From Eledone cirrhosa (lineage: Eukaryota), in NCBI GenBank assembly GCA_964016885.1, contig OZ024743.1, positions 240,870,001 through 240,934,000 on the forward strand: a stretch of DNA of 64,000 bases, in the 5' to 3' direction. The notes beneath the pieces are model-generated. The model saw only the letters and a program-made list of their open reading frames with translations, did not search any database and had not been told where the DNA came from. This document shows, one piece after another, positions 38,344 to 49,364 of this stretch (position 1 is its first letter; each line of letters begins with the position of its first letter). The position numbers were made by a program, and so were the translations under genes.

Positions 38344-41300
38344 GAAGGGAAGAAGACGCACGAGGTGACGGAGGTCATGAAATCGCTCCCGTAAGTTTTG
38401 AATTTTTAACATATTTAAATCATTTGTGAAATAACAACTCTTAGTACAAATGCTACGTAAAGCACCCGGCTTGAGCCCAAAAAAAATTCGGACCCAAAAT
38501 ATATTGTTATAAGGCTCAAATATTCAAATATTCAACTTTGTATTGTACACTGTATATCCCCAAAAAAATGGCTATAAATGGAAGAAGAAGAACCCCCCCC
38601 TCCTCTCCTCTGGCTACACTATATAGGACAGCGAAACTCACCAACACCAGAAACTAGATACACCACCCACCCCATCATCTGTGTACACTAAACACAACAG
38701 CATTTTCACCTTCACCGCCACCGCTCACTACGGCCATCATTACCACCACTATCCCATCACCGCCGCCACCACCCCTTGACTCCTTCACTGCTGCTGCCAC
38801 CGCTACAGCACCATCACTACAGTAATACGGCTCAAATATTCAAATATTCAACTTTGTATTGTACACTGTATATCCAAAAAAAAAAAAAAAAAATAAAATG
38901 GCTATAAATGGAAGAAGAAGAACCCCCCCACCTCCTCTCCTCTGGCTACACTATATAGGACAGCGAAACTCACCAACACCAGAAACTAGATACACCACCC
39001 ACCCCATCATCTGTGTACACTAAACACAACAGCATTTTCACCTTCACCGCCACCGCTCACTACGGCCATCATTACCACCACTATCCCATCACCGCCGCCA
39101 CCACCCCCTGACTCCTTCACTGCTGCTGCCACCGCTACAGCACCATCACTACAGTAATACGGTCGCATCACCGCCACCACTGCCTCGGTATCGACATCAC
39201 CACCACCACTGTCTCAGTATCGCCAACGCCGCCAGTCTCTGCTGGCTACCACTTCCACATTATAGAATTCCTACTACTAACAAAGAGGAAGGCATCAAAA
39301 TATATAGATAGACTCAAAAGAAAAAAGAAAAAACAAACAACAAAAGCAGCACAGCAACAACAGTAAAAAACGAGAAAAACAGAGAAAAACAAAAACAAAA
39401 AAAGAAACCCCAAAAACGTAAAGAAAATAAGAATGAAGAGAGAAGCAGGCGGACGGACAGAGAAGAGGGGGGAAAAAGTAAAACTTAAAAAACAAAAACT
39501 AAGTCAGACATTCGAATACTACATTACAATGAAACTTATGCTTGTTCATTTTTGGGGCCCTTTCTGCCCGTGTGTTTGTTTGTTTATGTGTGTCCGTATA
39601 CAGCGTGGTGATAATGCCACACAAGGGCCAAGTGGGATGGCGGATCCACAGATGGCTATGTAAACATACATTCGCCAATCCTCGATAAGAGTGTTTAAAT
39701 ATCGAACATAAACAGTTCGAATAACGGTGAAATGGAGACTAGAACGTCATGTGACAGACTCTCACCCAACAGGTGCCCCCTGGCTCAGCAGCAGGAACCT
39801 GACTGTCAACCAAATACTGCTGATGTTGGAGGAAGAAGAAGAAGGAAAGGGGCCAGAACCAACTGGACGAAAGAATTGAATAGAACTGTTATGCAATGCT
39901 ACCTGAAAAGTAACCCCAAGGAGAGGGGCTACAGGAGACGGATGCATAACATCTGGAACGAGATTGGTTTATTTAAATTAGATGAACAAAAATTGGCCGG
40001 GCAGGCTCGGGTAATAAGAACTAATGGGTGGATAAGCGAGCTGGAACTGGAGGAACTGAGCAGAGAGAATGGCTTGGAGATGGCGGGTGTAGTATGCCAG
40101 ACAAGCGAGCCGGCGGGAAATGAAGGTGAGGAGGTCCTGAGAACGGAGGAACCACCCGAAGCAGACAATGATCTGAATACTGAGATAAATAATACCTGGA
40201 ACAGAGATACGGCCACTGAGGAGATGAATGCTGACGGGCTAGGACAAGATTCGGTTGACATCCTAAATTTAGTGGTAGATGAGTTGAACAATGATAGTGG
40301 GAGACCTATGAACCTAAGATTTGTAGACAGGAAAAAGTTAAAAGAAACAACAGCTAAGGTAAACAAAGTCATCCCATACCTTGAGGCGAGGAGTCTTCAC
40401 CAGTGCAACAATATCCTCAAAGCAACAGCAAATACGGTGAGGAAACTACTTGGTATAAAAGCGAGAGGAAACAACAGACAAGAAAGAGCAGAGCCGTGGT
40501 GGAAGAAGCGACTGAGTGGGCAAATCGGGGAAATGAGAAATGACATAGGAAAGCTTGAGTCACTACTGAATGGGACACTAAAAAACATAGGCACTAAAAA
40601 TAGACTGGAAATAAAATACAAAACTAGGAGTAAAAAGCTAAATATTATCATAGAGGAATTGAAGCAACGCATTGTAGCAAAGAGTGCCAAAATCAGGCGA
40701 TACGAGAACAGAGTCAGTCAGTATAAACAGAACCGCATGTTCGACAACAACCAGAAGATGCTGTTCGGACAGCTTGAGGGGAAAGAAAGAGGCAACGACT
40801 TGATCCCTGGGGCGGAACAAGCTAAAACATTCTGGAGAGGAATATGGGAGCAGGATGTTAGACACAATGCCCAGGCAGGGTGGATTGAGACAGTACAGAG
40901 GGAGATCGGTGAGCAGGCACAGCAACAGACTGATTTGAGTATCACAGTTGAAACTCTTAAGGGGCAAGCCAAAAAACTAACCAACTGGAAATCACCAGGC
41001 CCAGATGGTGTGCAGGGGTATTGGATTAAACATTTAACATCCCTCCACCCGAAGCTGACGGCCATGTTCAATGACTGCTTGGTGTCGGGTGAGGTGCCAG
41101 AGTGGTTGACAAAAGGTACCACAGTTCTGATAATGAAAGACCGAATCAAGGGTAATGATGTTACCAACTATAGACCTATCACATGTCTGCCCGTAATGTG
41201 GAAACTGTTGACGAGCATTGTGTCTGAGGAAATCTACCATCACCTCCACACAAACAACTTGTTGCCGGACGAACAGAAAGGATGCCGAAAGAAGTCACGT

Positions 41301-43198
41301 GGTACAAAGGACCAGTTGCTTATTGATAAGATGGTAATGGGGAATTGCAGGAGGAGACACACTGATCTTGCCATGGGATGGATAGACTACAGAAAGGCAT
41401 TTGACATGGTGCCTCATTCCTGGATCACCAAAAGCCTGGAGATCTTCAGGGTGGCAGATAACATCAGACAGTTGCTGGGCAGGAGTATGGTGTCCTGGGA
41501 GACAGAGTTGACATCAACTGGAGTATCCTTGGGAAGCGTGAAGATCAAGAGAGGTATCTTCCAGGGAGATAGCCTGTCCCCTCTGTTGTTTGTCCTTGCC
41601 CTGATGCCCTTGACCATTATGCTGCGAAAAGTGAGAGCAGGATACAAGTTGGGAAGGGGAGAGCTTACCATCAATCACCTCCTCTTCATGGACGATCTTA
41701 AGCTCTTCGGGAAAAGTGAGAAGGAGTTGGATGTGCTTGTTGACACTGTCCGTATTTTCAGCAGTGATATATGTATGCAGTTTGGTATTGGTAAATGTGG
41801 AGTCATTGTGATGAGGAGGGGTAGGTTGAGCAGAAGTAACGGGATCCAGATACCAACAGGTGAGATGATAAAGGAAATTGACTCTGAGGAAGGATACAAG
41901 TATTTGGGCGTTCTGGAGGCTGATGGCATAAAGAACAAACAAATGAAGGAATTGTTAAGAACTGAATACATTCGGAGAGTAAGGAGCGTATTGAAGTCAC
42001 ATCTGAACAGCAGAAATGCCATAAGCGCAGTAAATTCCCGAGCTGTGTCTATTATTAGGTACAGTGCGGGAATTCTGAGATGGAATGTTGCTGAACAAAA
42101 AGAAATGGATAGGAAGACTAGGAAGCTATTGACTATCTACAACATGTTCCACAAGAGGAGTGATGTCGATAGACTCTACCTAAGGAGATCTGAGGGTGGA
42201 AGAGGTCTTATCAGCATAGAGGACTGTGTTCAGATGGAGAAAAACAACCTATACAAATACGTGACCTATAGTAAGGAGCCAATGCTCAGAGCTGTACTGA
42301 AGGAGGGGACAGTAGGCCAGGGGATACCCAAGGAGGAAATAACATCAAGGAGGAAGAGCAGCCTTAAGGGAAAATCCCTTCATAGTACCTTCTTTGAGAA
42401 AACTGAATTTAGAGATCCACAGACATGGAACTGGTTGAGAAGAGGAGACCTCAAAAAGGCTACAGAAGGAATGCTAATGGCTGCGCAGGAGCAGGCCCTC
42501 AAAACGAAGTGGTTGAAGCACCATATCTACAAGGAGGAGGCTAGCCCACTGTGCAGGATCTGTGGAGAGAGAGAGGAGACTGTGGCTCACATTGTGTCCG
42601 AGTGTAAACACCTAGCCCAGACCCACTATAAGGGCTGGAGACACGATGTGATGGGCAGGGTGATCCACTGGCACCTGTGCAAAGTAAACAATCTACCACA
42701 TTCTGAGAAATGGTATGAGCATAGGCCAGAGGCGGTGATGGAGAACAGTCAGGTGAAGGTGCTGTGGGATTTTAGGATACAGACGGACAAAAAACTGGAA
42801 CACAATAGACCTGACCTGGTGGTTGTGGACAAAGAAAAAAGATCTTGTCTGATTGTGGATGTGGCCTGCCCGTTCGACACGAGAGTGCAAGAGAAGGAGA
42901 GGGAGAAAATTAACCGATACCAGGACCTAAAGTGGGAGGTGAAAAGGATTTGGAACTGCCATGAAGTCAAAGTGATCCCGATTGTCATAGGCGCACTGGG
43001 GACTATCTCCAAAGGTTTCCAGGGATGGTTAAAGAAAATCGGCCCCTTCACGCTTTTTGGAACGCTTCAAAAGGCATGCTTGCTTGGAACGGCAAGAACC
43101 CTCCGATACGTCCTGAATATCTGAGGCTGCAGGTAGTGGCTTGATATTCAATCCAACGGACTTTCCAGTTAACCAACATCAATGACTGAGATTCAAGG
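38344..43198 (+). mobile_element. Full-length R4/Dong-clade RLE retrotransposon, family A (copy A1)
   Basis: Bounded by (AAT)n; ~1.4-kb leader with a 316-bp tandem duplication (38513 and 38829), a single ORF and a ~75-nt 3' UTR. Confidence 0.9.
39732..43124 (+). CDS. R4/Dong-type polyprotein with RT, CCHC finger and restriction-like endonuclease; apparently intact
   Basis: 1130 aa with [58 protein letters not shown] and RPD..IVDVACP..EKINRYQDL. Confidence 0.95.
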   Translation: METRTSCDRLSPNRCPLAQQQEPDCQPNTADVGGRRRRKGARTNWTKELNRTVMQCYLKSNPKERGYRRRMHNIWNEIGLFKLDEQKLAGQARVIRTNGWISELELEELSRENGLEMAGVVCQTSEPAGNEGEEVLRTEEPPEADNDLNTEINNTWNRDTATEEMNADGLGQDSVDILNLVVDELNNDSGRPMNLRFVDRKKLKETTAKVNKVIPYLEARSLHQCNNILKATANTVRKLLGIKARGNNRQERAEPWWKKRLSGQIGEMRNDIGKLESLLNGTLKNIGTKNRLEIKYKTRSKKLNIIIEELKQRIVAKSAKIRRYENRVSQYKQNRMFDNNQKMLFGQLEGKERGNDLIPGAEQAKTFWRGIWEQDVRHNAQAGWIETVQREIGEQAQQQTDLSITVETLKGQAKKLTNWKSPGPDGVQGYWIKHLTSLHPKLTAMFNDCLVSGEVPEWLTKGTTVLIMKDRIKGNDVTNYRPITCLPVMWKLLTSIVSEEIYHHLHTNNLLPDEQKGCRKKSRGTKDQLLIDKMVMGNCRRRHTDLAMGWIDYRKAFDMVPHSWITKSLEIFRVADNIRQLLGRSMVSWETELTSTGVSLGSVKIKRGIFQGDSLSPLLFVLALMPLTIMLRKVRAGYKLGRGELTINHLLFMDDLKLFGKSEKELDVLVDTVRIFSSDICMQFGIGKCGVIVMRRGRLSRSNGIQIPTGEMIKEIDSEEGYKYLGVLEADGIKNKQMKELLRTEYIRRVRSVLKSHLNSRNAISAVNSRAVSIIRYSAGILRWNVAEQKEMDRKTRKLLTIYNMFHKRSDVDRLYLRRSEGGRGLISIEDCVQMEKNNLYKYVTYSKEPMLRAVLKEGTVGQGIPKEEITSRRKSSLKGKSLHSTFFEKTEFRDPQTWNWLRRGDLKKATEGMLMAAQEQALKTKWLKHHIYKEEASPLCRICGEREETVAHIVSECKHLAQTHYKGWRHDVMGRVIHWHLCKVNNLPHSEKWYEHRPEAVMENSQVKVLWDFRIQTDKKLEHNRPDLVVVDKEKRSCLIVDVACPFDTRVQEKEREKINRYQDLKWEVKRIWNCHEVKVIPIVIGALGTISKGFQGWLKKIGPFTLFGTLQKACLLGTARTLRYVLNI

Positions 43199-43255
43199 AA
43201 TAACAATAACAATAATAATAATAATAATAAAAATAATAATAATAATAATAGTAAT

Positions 43256-44313
43256 AAAGAAATGGATAGGAAGACTAGGAAGCTATTGACTATCTACAAC
43301 ATGTTCCACAAGAGGAGTGATGTCGATAGACTCTACTTAAAGAGATCTGAAGGTGGAAGAGGTCTTATCAGCATAGAGGACTGTGTTCAGATGGAGAAAA
43401 ACAACCTACACAAATACGTGACTGATAGTAAGGAGCCAATGCTCAGAACTGTACTGAAGGAGGGGACAATAGACCAGGGGATGTCCAAGGAGGAAATAAC
43501 ATCAAGGAGAAAGAGCAGCCTTCAGGAAAAATCCCTTGATAGTACCTTCTTTAAGAAAACTGAATTTAGAGATCCACAGACATGGAACTGGTTGAAAAGA
43601 GGAGACCTTAAAAAGGCTACATAAGGAATGTTAATGGCTGCGCAGGAGCAGGCCCTCAAAACGAAGTGGTTGAAACACCATATTTACAAGGAGGAGGCTA
43701 GCCCACTGTGCAGGATCTGTGGAGAGAGAGAAGAGACTGTGGCTCACATTGTATCCGAGTGTAAACACCTAGTTCAGACTCACTATAAGGGCTGGAGACA
43801 TGATGTAATGGGCAGGGTGATCCACTGGCACCTATGCAAAGTAAACAATTTACCACATTCTGAAAAGTGGTATGAGCATAAGCCAGAGTCGGTGATAGAA
43901 AACGAACAGGTGAAGGTACTGTGGGATTTTAGGATACAGACGGACAAGTAACTGGTGGTTGTGGACAAAGAAAAAAGATCGTGCCTGATTGTGGATGTGG
44001 CCTGCCCATTCGACACGAGAGTGCAAGAGAAGGAGAGGGAGAAAATTAACCGATACTAGGACTTAAAGTGGGAGGTAAAAAGTATTTGGAACTGCCATGA
44101 AGTCAAAGTGATCCCGATTGTCATAGGCGCACTAGGAACTATCTCAAAACGTTTCCAGGGATGGTTAAGGAAAATTGGCCCCTTCACGCTTTTTGGAACG
44201 CTTCAAAAGGCATGCTTGCTGGGAACAGCAAGAACCCTGAGGTTGCAGGTAGTGGCTTGATATTCATTTCAACAAACTTTCCAGTTAACTAACATCAATG
44301 ACTGAGTCTCAAA

Positions 44314-44314
<1 letters not shown>
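43256..44314 (+). mobile_element. 5'-truncated family A copy (A2), disabled
   Basis: Matches A1 from KEMDRK onward; stop at 43622-43624, deletion of the HNRPD region at ~43950, further lesions; same 3' UTR, then (AAT)n. Confidence 0.92.
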
Positions 44315-44370
<56 letters not shown>

Positions 44371-44374
<4 letters not shown>

Positions 44375-44865
44375 AAATGGTATGAGCATAAGCCAGAGGC
44401 GGTGATGGAGAACGATCAGGTGAAGGTGCTGTGGGATTTTAGGATACAGACGGACAAGAAACTGGAACACAATAGACCTGACCTGGTGGTTGTGGACAAA
44501 GAAAAAAGATCGTGTCTGATTGTGGATGTGGCCTGCCCATTCGACACGAGAGTGCAAGAGAAGGAGAGGGAAAAAATTAACCGATACCAGGACTTAAAGT
44601 GGGAGGTAAAAAGGATTTGGAACTGCCATGAAGTCAAAGTGATCCCGATTGTGATAGGCGCACTGGGGACTATCTCCAAAAGTTTCCAGGGATGGTTAAA
44701 GAAAATCGGCCCCTTCACGCTTTTTGGAACGCTTCAAATGGCATGCTTGCTGGGAACAGCAAGAACCCTCCGATACGTCCTGAATATCTGAGGCTGCAGG
44801 TAGTGGCTTGATATTCATTCCAACGGACTTTCCAGTTAACTAACATCAATGACTGAGATTCAAGG
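44371..44865 (+). mobile_element. 5'-truncated family A copy (A3), RLE domain and 3' UTR only
   Basis: Starts at EKWYEH directly after (AAT)n; same 3' end as A1. Confidence 0.92.
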
Positions 44866-44895
44866 AATAATAATAATGATAATAATAATAATAAT

Positions 44896-47800
44896 ACTAC
44901 ATATCACAAAACTCAGTAACGACAACGCCACCGCCGCCACCACTCCTTCATTGCTACCACCACTATTCCCCTGTTAACTTGAGGGAGAAAGGGGAAGGTG
45001 GCGGTATCACTAGAAAAGGGAGAGGCTAGCAAAAGATATAAATAGATTGACTTAGTGACCTGGCCACCGGCCAAACGTCAACATCAACAACTATGGGACT
45101 GCTGGCTCACCCCTTCCTCACCAACAATATAAAAGGCCCCAGCACCACCACCGACATAGCCAACAACAATAACAGGCAACTTCAGCAAAAAGTATATTAT
45201 ATTATTGTAATGCACTGGGTGATTGCTGGCCTTGTGCCTGGAGTGGAGACAATTATTAATAATTTCATTCTTAAGCCACGCAATGCTCACATTAAGGAAC
45301 CACTCACGATAATAACAATTTAAAAAAACAACAAAAAGAAAACCCCGTGACCAAGAAATACCGGGATGGCGGCCGGCGGGGAATAGCCGTGTCTCTAGGG
45401 GAGAACGACCCCTCTAGTCTTGGTTGACACTCGTTCTAGAAGTGGTAACACGAAATGATTACCCCTTGGCGGATAAGGATAAAACGCGACAAAATAAAGT
45501 AAATGTCTAATGATAAAATCTCATACCGGATCGGCCGTCACCCGAGTAAAAAAGGGCCGCGTCCCTCAGAGAGGAACCAGACTGGGGTCGAAAAATCAGC
45601 TAATGGTTCAAACCTTCCCATCACTTCGGAGCTGGAGACCTCCCATAACCAGAATACTCCTACTGTTGGCCCTCCATGCTCACCACCAAGAAATCCAAAG
45701 AAAAAGAGAGAAAAATGGTCAAGGGAAGATAATAAAGAAGTCCTTGAGGCTTTCTACACTGCCATGTACTACCCATCAAATACATCGAATACAGAACAGA
45801 CATATATCAACTGGAAAAAGAAACATCCCGAAAACAGAGGCTATATTGACAGTAACAAACTAGCCAATATACGAAGAAATATTGTAAGAAAAAAGTTACT
45901 AACTGATATAGAAATTGATCAGATCAAGCTATTAGCACAAAGTCAGCGAAGGGAAAATGAAACATGTGTCAGTGAAAACGAGGTAAACTGTAACACTTCG
46001 AATCCCAGGGTTGGGGCGGAATCACTGGCAACAGAACAAATTAAAGAAAGGATCGAAAAAGTGGAGGGAGTGCATGCTCAGGATGAAACTCCAAATGAAA
46101 ATAATGAGATCGTAAATGATAAAGAAATGAATGAGAATGAACTTGCCAACTTGAAGGATGAAATTATGATCGAATGGATGAAAATGAAAGAATCTGACAT
46201 GTGGCAACGAGACACCCTTCCTAAACTCCAGAACTCCAAACAGAACCAAAAGATAATACACAAGACTAACATAATTCTCAAAAACATTATCATCACAAAC
46301 AAACTAAACATTACTGATTTAAATCATCTCTATTATGCATCGGCTAAAGTCACCACTCACTTATGTGGAGTGAAGATGAAAAAACAAAGGAATGCCCACA
46401 AGAAATCTACTTGGCAAGAGAACATCAATCGCCAAATAAACCTTCTCCGATCTGACATAGAAATTTTAACAAACTATAAACTAGGTGAACATGTTAAACA
46501 AACTAAACTTAGAAAATTGAAAAAAAAGTACAGTATAAAATCAACATGTGACATAGACATGCTGATAGAAATAATCAAGCAAAAAGTGTCGGCCAAAGCT
46601 GCTTGTATAAGGCGCTTTGAAAAACGATCTAGATTCTATAAGGACAATAATATGTTCAAAAACAACCAAAGAAACTTCTACAGAAAAATTAGTAAGTCAA
46701 CAATAACTGCTAAATCAATACCACCCAAGGAGGAAGTGCAAGAATTCTGGGAAAAGATCTGGGCCGAAGAAAAAGTTCATAACATACATGCCCCATGGAT
46801 AGAAAGACAAATGAAAGATACAGCTCACCTTGAGGAACAAATATGGGAAAATATAACAGTTGAACAGTTGCGCTTGGCTCTAAGAAAAACCAGCAAATGG
46901 AAATCCCCAGGAAAAGACAAAATACAAAACTTTTGGATAAATGCCTTCACAGAGTCTCATGAGCTGTTAGCCCAACGTTACAATGAAATAGTTAAGGAGC
47001 CAGAAAAGATACCATCATGGCTAGTTAACGGCATTACATTCCTGCTTCCGAAGAATGGTGAGACAAACAATCCCCAAAATTACAGACCGATAACTTGCTT
47101 GACCACAATGTATAAAATGTTAACATCAGTCCTAACTGAATACACATAGGACCACCTGATAACAAATGACCTATTTCCCATTGAGCAGAAAGGGTGTAAA
47201 CGAGGCTCATATGGCTGTAAGGATCAGCTTCTGGTTAACAAAATGATACTGGAAGATTGTCATAATAGACACAAAAATCTATCGATTGCTTGGATAGATT
47301 ATAAAAAAGCATTCGATAGTTTGCCACACAGTTGGATTGAAAAATGTTTAGATATTTTCAAAATATCCCCCGTTGTCAGGAGGTTTTTGTCATTCAGTAT
47401 GAAGACATGGAAAACGACACTCCTTTTGATAGTGAAACAAAATCAGTGGAAGCTGGAGAAGTTAATATTAATTGTGGAATTTTTCAGGGTGACTCTTTAT
47501 CACCGCTTTTATTCTGCATCGCACTTATACCATTAAGTAAAATGCTCAATGAAACAAAACATGGATATAAAGTCTATGACAAAACCATTAATCACTTGTT
47601 CTACATGGATGACCTGAAACTATTTGCAAAAAATGATGAACAATTGCAAGGGCTATTATCCACTGTGGAGCAGTTAAGTGATGACATTAAAATGGAGTTT
47701 GGACTAGACAAATGCGCCAAAGCAACGTTCACCAGAGGAAAGCTGCTGAAGAGTTCAGACATTAATCTTGATCGGGGCAACGTGATAAGAGAACTTGATC

Positions 47801-49292
47801 AAGAAAAAGCTTACAAATATCTAGGTGTTTGTGAAGGAGACGGAATCAAGCACTCGACAATGAGGGAAAGGATAAGGAAGGAATGTTACCGCAGAGTAAG
47901 AGCAATCTTAAGAACGGAATTGAATGCAAGGAATAGGATCGATGCCATAAACACGCTTGCCATACCAGTAGTAACCTACAGTAACAATGTCATCAACTGG
48001 TCAAGCACAGAGATCCGTAGGCTCGATACAAAAATTCGAAAGTTCTTAACCATGCACAGAATGCATCACCCTAAGGCAGATATAGATAGAATATATCTCC
48101 CTAGGAAAGAAGGAGGACGTAGGTTAATCCAGTTAGACATTGCGTTGAAAACTGCAACAATTGGATTATCTACATATCTAAGGGAATCACATGATTGGGT
48201 GATCAAACTCGCTTTGAAACACGAAAGCATCAAAAGATCATACTCCATTACAAAAGATGCACAAAGATACAGTAATGGACTACAAATTTCAGAAGTCCCA
48301 TTTACTGTTGAAATGGAAAACACAGAAAAAGCAAAGCAGGTAAAAGTAACTGCAAATAAAGAACTGCTACAGAAACTGGCTAAGAAATGGCAAGAAAAGC
48401 CTCTGTATGGAAAATACCCAGAGCGAGCTAACAATCCTGATGTTGACAAAACTTTAACCAATCAGTGGTTGGCATCCTCTGGACTGAAATCGGTGACTGA
48501 AGGACTGATTATATCAGCACAAGATCAGTGTCTGCCAACAAAAAATTACCAAGCCAACATAATAAAAAATGGATGCAGCCCATTATGCCGTGTATGCAAA
48601 AAACAACCAGGGACCATTGACCATATAATTTCAATGTGCAGTCCTATAGCTCCAACCGAATACCTAAACAGGCATGACAGAGCTGCACAATACATACATT
48701 GGATAATGTGAAAGCATTTTGACCTGCCCCATCAAAAGAATTGGTGGGAGCATCAACCACCTCCCATACTTGAAAAAGATCACATCTCAATCTTGTGGAA
48801 CTTTAACATCCAAACAGACCGAAAAATAGATGCAAATAGACCTGATATAATATTGAAGGACTTTAAAAAGAGGGTATGCCTGCTAATTGATATGTCTGTT
48901 CCAATAGACAAGAATGTATCTATAAAAACATTTGAAAAATTGAGCAAGTATAAATGACCTGGAGATAGAAATTAGAAAAATGTGGAAATTGAGAACTAAA
49001 ACAATACCAGTGGTTCTAGGCGCTCTGGGAATGATACCTAAGGGGTCTAATGATTACTTATCGCAAATCCCAGGAAACCCGCGTATAGGAGAAATACAAA
49101 AGATAGTACTAATGGGAACTGCCCATATACTAAGGAAGATCCTGTCAATATAAGTACATCACAAGTCTAAACACTAAGGAGGCATGTGTGAATATGTGTG
49201 TTCTTTCTTGAACATGGCGGACCTTGTTGTCTCTTGAGGTCACTGGTTGTGACTTGGTGATAACTCGTATAAACATAAAGCAAGATAAATGC
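44896..49292 (+). mobile_element. R4/Dong family B copy (B1), truncated in the 5' leader, ORF disrupted
   Basis: Colinear with B2 from ~49859 onward; flanked by (AAT)n. Confidence 0.92.
45503..49153 (+). pseudogene. Disrupted RT/RLE polyprotein of B1
   Basis: Relative to B2: stop at 47147-47149, frameshift at ~47428, stop at 48709-48711, frameshift at ~48955. Confidence 0.92.
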
Positions 49293-49293
49293 A

Positions 49294-49363
<70 letters not shown>

Positions 49364-49364
<1 letters not shown>

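Noticed and set aside
39762-43051. Multiple antisense ORFs over the Dong ORF
   Set aside because: Expected shadow ORFs of a long coding strand; no motifs.
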